NCBI GenBank assembly: GCA_977862235.1
Contig: OZ374562.1
Coordinates: forward strand, 2,480,001-2,544,000
Length of the DNA: 64,000 nucleotides
Source: Dudresnaya verticillata
Lineage: Eukaryota
Reading direction: 5' to 3'
Shown here: piece by piece, positions 1-8,359 of the stretch
Layout: the number at the start of each line of letters is the position of its first letter
Position numbering within the stretch: the stretch's first letter is position 1
Position numbers and translations under genes: made by a program
The notes under the pieces: model-generated
What the model saw: only the letters and a program-made list of their open reading frames with translations
Database searches by the model: none
Told to the model about the DNA's origin: nothing

Positions 1-2699
1 AAAGAACTGTTCTCAGCCTACATATACGTGTGACCTGCAGCTTTTGAACAGAACTGTAACAGCGGGCCTCTACATATAGCAATACAAAGTAAAGGATGGG
101 TCTTAAACGAGAAACTAATATTGCTCTCCAGCTGCCTTAACGCAGTACGAAGCATTCTGTCCCCGCGCTGCAATAATCACTTCGATGACATTAATACCAC
201 ATAAAGCATTGTCGGGGGATGGATTACATCCCTTAAGAGTAGGAAAACAACTTATTGAATCCGGAAAGGATAGGGTATCGTCTACAGTCGCAACACTCGT
301 ACCTTTACAACCTTTTCTTCCGAGAGTTGAACGTATCGTTACATCAGGCTAATTCTGTTATTGTGAAATAGAACCAACCCCTTATGAATATGGGCATGTA
401 GCAGACCGGGATAAAGATCTCGCGATATTTGCACCTTCGCGGATTCGGTCCAAAATGATTTGAAGGCACAGCAATCATAGCAATACTGTATGGACGTTTT
501 CGTTGATGTCCTTCGCAGCGTGGCTTCGCACCAACTGCTCAAGCGTTTGATGTCTCGGTTGTAACTCCGCACTCTTCCTCTTCTCGTGCTCTGCCTCGAG
601 CCCATCTTGCGATTCAATCTCGTGAAAAGGAAAAAGTCCGCCACTATCGTAGGCTCTGCGAAAACAACCATTTCCAGTCGATTTCGAACTACATCCCATG
701 GCTATGGACATCTATGGCTCCATCGGCCATGGCTTTGATCGCGGTGCGCAACTGTACACAATCTGCTCTCAACACAATCTTGCGAGTATCGCAAGTGATG
801 CTTGCGGGTGTAATGTGTAAGCCCCTCCCTTTTGTGTCATTATGGTCATCTTAAAGGGAGAAGCGTTTTATCCGGGTCCGAGTTGCTCACCGCAACAATC
901 ACAGCCCGTTTCCCTTTCGTCCGGGCGTCTTCCTGAAGTATGAGAACATGAAACCATGCTGCATACGGACAAATTCTGTGGGTTACAACAGGGTCCGATC
1001 CATATAATTGTCGCCTGTGGAGAAAGAAAAAGGGCAAGCAATAAGGAATCCTAAAAGCAAAGGTAACACCCCGTGTGCAATAGAATGTATCTAGTAATAG
1101 AATACAATTCGACTATCTTGTCCGGTAAGCCCATTGCACTCTAAAGCAGTTGTGCAGTAGCTAGTGATACTTAACAAAACTTGCTTGGCTGCTATGGACC
1201 GAGTATAACTTCACTATAGGTTTTGTGAGGCAATAAGGGTAGCCCCGTTTTCATCCGTGGAAACGTTTGTCGAGCCCTGACGAGAAGTGCCATCGAATAC
1301 CTTAATATTTGTCGCTATGCTGCTGTTGTGCTATGCCTTCTCTTTCCACAGTACTGCAGTTCACAGTACAGTACCCAAATTCCCAATCCCGACTTTATAG
1401 TGCGCTTCATCGGCTCATCGTAGTCGAAGGTTCAAAGCTCCCTCAACCACACACGCCGAGTCGGGTTTCTAATCCACACAACAAGAACACATGGTGAATA
1501 TTCCGCTCCCAACACATTGCCTTGTTGTTCAGTCTTCACGTTTGCAGACAAACCTAATGTAACAGCTACAGACTTGATTTGTTTTTATGTAAGAGGCCGG
1601 CAATGTAACAGACAATGCACACTCCACTTTTCATGAAGTGCATACATCGAGTGAAACTGTTTACGACCATTACCACACATCCTGGACGTTAGCAATTTTG
1701 GCGCTCTGTACGGATTCCTGACCACAAGGCAGGAGCGCATCATAACGCGCTCTAGCGTTCTAGTATGGATCTAGCCGTTCAGCAGATCTAGCGCTGTCTC
1801 CGATGGCGCGGAAGACATAAGAGATTTCTCCGAGACACTACTGTATATTGAGTTTCCGAAGCGCATTCGAGAAAGGCCTTGCTGGGAACGGCGGCCGCAT
1901 CGCGATGGTGCTGTGCTACGTATTTCGTTCCATGGCTATGCTTTTCTTCCGTCGTGGAGATAGCGTGGCTTACTTGTGACCTTGACTTTGAGTAGTTAAC
2001 AGCTGGTGCATACAACACTTGAATGCAATGAGGGTATCGCCATGCAATGGTGCTAATTCAATTGCCAGTGTAGCAAACGGAAGCACACGCTTCACGGTCG
2101 CACTACACGAACGGCTGAGAACCGCGAACAACAGAGGTAGTGTTCAGACACTCCAGACCCTCCATTCGCACTATGACGGCTGCTTCCATAACGGCATGTC
2201 ACATTGTCTACATATTGAATGCGGTTGTGTGCCCTGTTGCGAATATTCGAGTCCGCTTCCGCACTGCAGTTGTTCCATCCATCCAGAACCTATATTTTAT
2301 GTTAGCTATCTGTTATCCACATACTCAGCCCCAGACCCCAAACAGTATACCTCTATGTTGACAATACCTAGAGTCTGTAGTATAGCTATGCTTCTAGCTC
2401 TATACATAGAGTGTGCATGCCACGGAACTCGAACCGCTTTGTTAAATATTCTACGCTACAGCAGTAGCACTGAAACGGTTTCCGACCTCTTATTCTGCCG
2501 AACAAGGTCGAGACTACTTTGCCCGCACACATGCGCAGTTGCAACAGTTTCAACACCTATCTTTTAATGCAATGCCAACATGGTGTTAGACAAAGCGTTC
2601 TGCATCGAATGCGTCCTTCTGCATCTACAGGATGCAATCCTGCAAGCCGACGCTGCGAACTTTACCATCTACACATCCTTCAACTTTATTTTTCCAGTC

Positions 2700-2941
2700 A
2701 TGACCGGCCGCAGTTCTCTCACGCAGTTCTCTCACACCGAATTGGTAGAACAAAGTTCCTTCCGTTCCGTACTTAAAGCCCTTAACGTCTCAATCGCAGT
2801 CCAAAATATTCCCACCCACCACACCCCCATCGCATCACATCTACCTGTTATTACAGGTACAAACGTAGTCAAAAGAACTGCACAGGTAGGTACCCTGCCC
2901 CTTCATCAACTCTCCGTCGCCTACCAACTCAACAGCTCAAT
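2700..2941 (+). promoter_or_regulatory. Putative core promoter and 5' leader of the secreted-protein gene (in every unit)
   Basis: A weak TATA-like TACTTAAAG at 2770-2778 is followed by a C/A-rich, G-poor tract (CCCACCCACCACACCCCCATCGCATCACATC...CAACTCAACAGCTCAAT) ending at the ATG. Compositional evidence only. Confidence 0.35.
2709..2734 (+). repeat. Perfect 13-bp tandem duplication CGCAGTTCTCTCA x2 (in every unit)
   Basis: Read directly at 2709-2721 and 2722-2734. Confidence 0.9.
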
Positions 2942-3469
2942 ATGTTTACTCGATTTGTCCTTTTTGTGGCACTCGTGCTCCCGTATTTATGCTCTGCTGT
3001 CAGGTGCCCTCTCCGTGGTGTCTGTGTGCCGGATTATATTTGCCGTATCCAAGGCCGTCGGCCCTTGCACGGGAATTATTGTGGGCATCAGAGAGGCGTT
3101 GAATGCTGCCCCTACTTCAGGTACCGGTTTTGCTCTGTCGATCGAGGGCGTTTTCTCGACCGTGCACAAGGGGTTTGCCAACCTAGCTCTACATGCCGCG
3201 GAAAAGGTGCATACTCCGTCGAGACGTCACAATGCAGTTCTGGTCACTTTATTACATGCTGTGTTGGCTCCTCCATACTGCCATATCTACCTGGCCCTTC
3301 CAGTGATCCACGGTATCCATACAGAAAGGCTGTTTCTGCGACTCGTACAGGGACGTCCAAGGGGTCAGTGAGAGCACTTACTACGGCCGCCACGGAGACC
3401 ACCACGAAGACTTTGGAAGACACCTCTGTGGGATTGGAAAGGCGTACCAAGGATACCATCCAGCACTAG
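2942..3469 (+). CDS. Secreted cysteine-rich protein with two tandem 6-Cys (defensin/clip-like) modules, copy 1; true C-terminus uncertain
   Basis: The N-terminal MFTRFVLFVALVLPYLCSA has a basic n-region, a hydrophobic core and C-S-A small residues at -3/-1. Two modules (C22-C56 and C64-C107) share GVC-x5-C-x12-C-x7-CC spacing. There is an A at -3 of the ATG and a C/A-rich leader upstream. Confidence 0.85.
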   Translation: MFTRFVLFVALVLPYLCSAVRCPLRGVCVPDYICRIQGRRPLHGNYCGHQRGVECCPYFRYRFCSVDRGRFLDRAQGVCQPSSTCRGKGAYSVETSQCSSGHFITCCVGSSILPYLPGPSSDPRYPYRKAVSATRTGTSKGSVRALTTAATETTTKTLEDTSVGLERRTKDTIQH

Positions 3470-3624
3470 AAGTGTACAGAGAGATCTCCTTTGCAGCCTA
3501 CCAAAATGTCAAGGTTTCAGAAGGTACTGTTTGTGAGGCGGTTGAGAGTGAAGTCATAGAAGGTATGAATTTTGTATCGTCCATGTCTGTCAATGTTGGT
3601 AAGTATGTGGGCAGCATAGTGTGA
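3307..3624 (+). other. Stop-free -1 reading frame (105 codons, no start codon near its beginning), probable frameshifted C-terminal domain of the secreted protein; repeated per unit at CDS start +365 to +682
   Basis: Manual translation between TGA 3304-3306 and TGA 3622-3624: STVSIQKGCFCDSYRDVQGVSESTYYGRHGDHHEDFGRHLCGIGKAYQGYHPALEVYREISFAAYQNVKVSEGTVCEAVESEVIEGMNFVSSMSVNVGKYVGSIV*. It has four Cys, and 20 of the 40 codons in 3481-3600 start with G. Confidence 0.6.
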
Positions 3625-3730
3625 AGATTTTTTGTTGTATCTTATCGCTTTTGGTCGTCGCTGTTATAGCTGTGGCTGCGAAGCAAGTGTGATTATGTTG
3701 TTATGTTATTGTGGGATCCCAGTTATTGTT
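3625..3730 (+). terminator. T/G-rich putative 3' UTR or 3'-end processing region (in every unit)
   Basis: AGATTTTTTGTTGTATCTTATCGCTTTTGG...GTGTGATTATGTTGTTATGTTATTGTGGG begins immediately after the TGA at 3622-3624. No AATAAA was seen here, so this is compositional evidence only. Confidence 0.35.
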
Positions 3731-4035
3731 GGAGCCATCGAAAGTAGTTTAGCAGCACGAGAGGTTGAAGTAAATGTCGCCATGTAGATGCTTCTGTCAA
3801 TACCCAATTCCATCGGTGTTCATAACAATCGGGCCTGAGAGCGCACAAATCGGTGCCTTTTTTTCGACGACCAAGTCTAAGGCAGGGAATGGGTGACATT
3901 AAACAATTATCTGCAAAAGTAGTTCGTGTCTCTCTAACAATGAGTTGGCTTGACTGAACAAAAGGGAACCCCGAAAGCATCTACTCCGTGTCTCCATACT
4001 TTGAAGACAACAGAAAGATCTATCCAGGCTTCAGG

Positions 4036-4058
4036 CTCCGGGCTGCCCCTCCGGGCTG
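4036..4058 (+). repeat. 10-bp direct repeat CTCCGGGCTG x2 with a CCC spacer (in every unit)
   Basis: Read directly at 4036-4045 and 4049-4058. It is flanked by the inverted pair CCAGGCT (4024-4030) / AGCCTGG (4066-4072). Confidence 0.8.
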
Positions 4059-7000
4059 TAGGAAGAGCCTGGTCATCAGGGAGAATTCAGTAATGTTCTC
4101 TATATTTTTCCTCATAGTTCGTTAGTGTTACAGTGCGTCGCCGTCTCAGTTAACAGGCGTAAGCTTGTTGACCGCCGTGTTAGAAACAGTGCATATTAAG
4201 TCCCCTTAAGGGGCTTACTCTCCAATTTGAGAATAAAGGGATGCTTGCTCATAGCGATGCTGCGGTATAGCAAGGCGTAAAGGAGATTGGCAACATAATT
4301 ATACTTATTCAACAAATGCATTCATGATCATCACAACTTTATTGAAGCAAGACGAAGCTGCTTTGAACACTGAAATCCAGTGCTATCCCTTGCAGGAAAT
4401 ATTTCATATGAAAGAAGAGCAGCAGAAGTCCTGCCGCATAGCCACATGCATAATAAAACACTCCTAACCCTGCGGCCAACACGCTTACGCCTGCTATTTG
4501 TGTTGAATACTGTCTTACTACATCACTCGTGGACGACATCACTTGGTGTAATCGCACTAACCTCAGCAAGTGTTTATCCGCCAAGTTGCATAAGTGGACG
4601 TGTTGAGAAAGAAAGTGAGCTGTGTAGCGTCAACCAATTTTGCGGATGAGGTAAGCAAACATTGAGGTGGATGCTGAATTCATCTTGTGTGATTGTTAAT
4701 CGTTTTGTTTAGATGTATTACTTGAGGTCTATGGTCTCCACACTCTATTAGGAACAGACCTGCCTTTAGCATGTCGTGGTTTAGCAATGACTACGAAGCA
4801 GTACAAGTACTCTACCGGATCTCGGGTTTGATACCAGGACACTACGCTTTGAGAACAACTATCACCATATCCAACACCCACGAAGAAGAAAAAAGAACTG
4901 TTCTCAGCCTACATATACGTGTGACCTGCAGCTTTTGAACAGAACTGTAACAGCGGGCCTCTACATATAGCAATACAAAGTAAAGGATGGGTCTTAAACG
5001 AGAAACTAATATTGCTCTCCAGCTGCCTTAACGCAGTACGAAGCATTCTGTCCCCGCGCTGCAATAATCACTTCGATGACATTAATACCACATAAAGCAT
5101 TGTCGGGGGATGGATTACATCCCTTAAGAGTAGGAAAACAACTTATTGAATCCGGAAAGGATAGGGTATCGTCTACAGTCGCAACACTCGTACCTTTACA
5201 ACCTTTTCTTCCGAGAGTTGAACGTATCGTTACATCAGGCTAATTCTGTTATTGTGAAATAGAACCAACCCCTTATGAATATGGGCATGTAGCAGACCGG
5301 GATAAAGATCTCGCGATATTTGCACCTTCGCGGATTCGGTCCAAAATGATTTGAAGGCACAGCAATCATAGCAATACTGTATGGACGTTTTCGTTGATGT
5401 CCTTCGCAGCGTGGCTTCGCACCAACTGCTCAAGCGTTTGATGTCTCGGTTGTAACTCCGCACTCTTCCTCTTCTCGTGCTCTGCCTCGAGCCCATCTTG
5501 CGATTCAATCTCGTGAAAAGGAAAAAGTCCGCCACTATCGTAGGCTCTGCGAAAACAACCATTTCCAGTCGATTTCGAACTACATCCCATGGCTATGGAC
5601 ATCTATGGCTCCATCGGCCATGGCTTTGATCGCGGTGCGCAACTGTACACAATCTGCTCTCAACACAATCTTGCGAGTATCGCAAGTGATGCTTGCGGGT
5701 GTAATGTGTAAGCCCCTCCCTTTTGTGTCATTATGGTCATCTTAAAGGGAGAAGCGTTTTATCCGGGTCCGAGTTGCTCACCGCAACAATCACAGCCCGT
5801 TTCCCTTTCGTCCGGGCGTCTTCCTGAAGTATGAGAACATGAAACCATGCTGCATACGGACAAATTCTGTGGGTTACAACAGGGTCCGATCCATATAATT
5901 GTCGCCTGTGGAGAAAGAAAAAGGGCAAGCAATAAGGAATCCTAAAAGCAAAGGTAACACCCCGTGTGCAATAGAATGTATCTAGTAATAGAATACAATT
6001 CGACTATCTTGTCCGGTAAGCCCATTGCACTCTAAAGCAGTTGTGCAGTAGCTAGTGATACTTAACAAAACTTGCTTGGCTGCTATGGACCGAGTATAAC
6101 TTCACTATAGGTTTTGTGAGGCAATAAGGGTAGCCCCGTTTTCATCCGTGGAAACGTTTGTCGAGCCCTGACGAGAAGTGCCATCGAATACCTTAATATT
6201 TGTCGCTATGCTGCTGTTGTGCTATGCCTTCTCTTTCCACAGTACTGCAGTTCACAGTACAGTACCCAAATTCCCAATCCCGACTTTATAGTGCGCTTCA
6301 TCGGCTCATCGTAGTCGAAGGTTCAAAGCTCCCTCAACCACACACGCCGAGTCGGGTTTCTAATCCACACAACAAGAACACATGGTGAATATTCCGCTCC
6401 CAACACATTGCCTTGTTGTTCAGTCTTCACGTTTGCAGACAAACCTAATGTAACAGCTACAGACTTGATTTGTTTTTATGTAAGAGGCCGGCAATGTAAC
6501 AGACAATGCACACTCCACTTTTCATGAAGTGCATACATCGAGTGAAACTGTTTACGACCATTACCACACATCCTGGACGTTAGCAATTTTGGCGCTCTGT
6601 ACGGATTCCTGACCACAAGGCAGGAGCGCATCATAACTGCTCTAGCGTTCTAGTATGGATCTAGCCGTTCAGCAGATCTAGCGCTGTCTCCGATGGCGCG
6701 GAAGACATAAGAGATTTCTCCGAGACACTACTGTATATTGAGTTTCCGAAGCGCATTCGAGAAAGGCCTTGCTGGGAACGGCGGCCGCATCGCGATGGTG
6801 CTGTGCTACGTATTTCGTTCCATGGCTATGCTTTTCTTCCGTCGTGGAGATAGCGTGGCTTACTTGTGACCTTGACTTTGAGTAGTTAACAGCTGGTGCA
6901 TACAACACTTGAATGCAATGAGGGTATCGCCATGCAATGGTGCTAATTCAATTGCCAGTGTAGCAAACGGAAGCACACGCTTCACGGTCGCACTACACGA

Positions 7001-7831
7001 ACGGCTGAGAACCGCGAACAACAGAGGTAGTGTTCAGACACTCCAGACCCTCCATTCGCACTATGACGGCTGCTTCCATAACGGCATGTCACATTGTCTA
7101 CATATTGAATGCGGTTGTGTGCCCTGTTGCGAAGATTCGAGTCCGCTTCCGCACTGCAGTTGTTCCATCCATCCAGAACCTATATTTTATGTTAGCTATC
7201 TGTTATCCACATACTCAGCCCCAGACCCCAAACAGTATACCTCTATGTTGACAATACCTAGAGTCTGTAGTATAGCTATGCTTCTAGCTCTATACATAGA
7301 GTGTGCATGCCACGGAACTCGAACCGCTTTGTTAAATATTCTACGCTACAGCAGTAGCACTGAAACGGTTTCCGACCTCTTATTCTGCCGAACAAGGTCG
7401 AGACTACTTTGCCCGCACACATGCGCAGTTGCAACAGTTTCAACACCTATCTTTTAATGCAATGCCAACATGGTGTTAGACAAAGCGTTCTGCATCGAAT
7501 GCGTCCTTCTGCATCTACAGGATGCAATCCTGCAAGCCGACGCTGCGAACTTTACCATCTACACATCCTTCAACTTTATTTTTCCAGTCATGACCGGCCG
7601 CAGTTCTCTCACGCAGTTCTCTCACACCGAATTGGTAGAACAAAGTTCCTTCCGTTCCGTACTTAAAGCCCTTAACGTCTCAATCGCAGTCCAAAATATT
7701 CCCACCCACCACACCCCCATCGCATCACATCTACCTGTTATTACAGGTACAAACGTAGTCAAAAGAACTGCACAGGTAGGTACCCTGCCCCTTCATCAAC
7801 TCTCCGTCGCCTACCAACTCAACAGCTCAAT

Positions 7832-8359
7832 ATGTTTACTCGATTTGTCCTTTTTGTGGCACTCGTGCTCCCGTATTTATGCTCTGCTGTCAGGTGCCCT
7901 CTCCGTGGTGTCTGTGTGCCGGATTATATTTGCCGTATCCAAGGCCGTCGGCCCTTGCACGGGAATTATTGTGGGCATCAGAGAGGCGTTGAATGCTGCC
8001 CCTACTTCAGGTACCGGTTTTGCTCTGTCGATCGAGGGCGTTTTCTCGACCGTGCACAAGGGGTTTGCCAACCTAGCTCTACATGCCGCGGAAAAGGTGC
8101 ATACTCCGTCGAGACGTCACAATGCAGTTCTGGTCACTTTATTACATGCTGTGTTGGCTCCTCCATACTGCCATATCTACCTGGCCCTTCCAGTGATCCA
8201 CGGTATCCATACAGAAAGGCTGTTTCTGCGACTCGTACAGGGACGTCCAAGGGGTCAGTGAGAGCACTTACTACGGCCGCCACGGAGACCACCACGAAGA
8301 CTTTGGAAGACACCTCTGTGGGATTGGAAAGGCGTACCAAGGATACCATCCAGCACTAG
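7832..8359 (+). CDS. Secreted double 6-Cys-module protein, copy 2
   Basis: Translation identical to copy 1. Confidence 0.85.
   Translation: MFTRFVLFVALVLPYLCSAVRCPLRGVCVPDYICRIQGRRPLHGNYCGHQRGVECCPYFRYRFCSVDRGRFLDRAQGVCQPSSTCRGKGAYSVETSQCSSGHFITCCVGSSILPYLPGPSSDPRYPYRKAVSATRTGTSKGSVRALTTAATETTTKTLEDTSVGLERRTKDTIQH

Noticed and set aside
339..711. Overlapping minus-strand ORFs (110 and 78 aa), considered as a decayed gene or transposon relic
   Set aside because: No transposase, RT, integrase or other motif was recognisable. A translated search would be needed to exclude a relic.
695..806. Repeated ATGGCT motifs and CTTGCGA-gta-TCGCAAG hairpin (779-795)
   Set aside because: Short motifs within chance expectation, with no supporting context.
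2019..2567. 182-aa ORF rich in C/H/S
   Set aside because: It starts at TTG, has no regular Cys/His motif, and its composition is typical of non-coding DNA.
2580..3371. 263-aa + strand ORF, the longest in the unit
   Set aside because: It overlaps the Cys-rich CDS in another frame and spans its promoter-like region. It has no recognisable domain, while the overlapping frame has a signal peptide and a duplicated Cys pattern. It is probably a shadow ORF, though not formally excluded.
1..4891. Unit as a circular plasmid or virus read as a rolling-circle concatemer
   Set aside because: No Rep, capsid or polymerase ORF and low coding density. The shared variant in units 2 and 5 fits chromosomal array turnover better. 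eccDNA cannot be fully excluded without reads.
1..4891. rDNA, 5S, tRNA, histone or snRNA repeat unit
   Set aside because: No conserved rRNA, tRNA, U1/U2/U5 or histone sequence recognised. TACAGAGAGATC near 3475 only superficially resembles the U6 ACAGAGA box.
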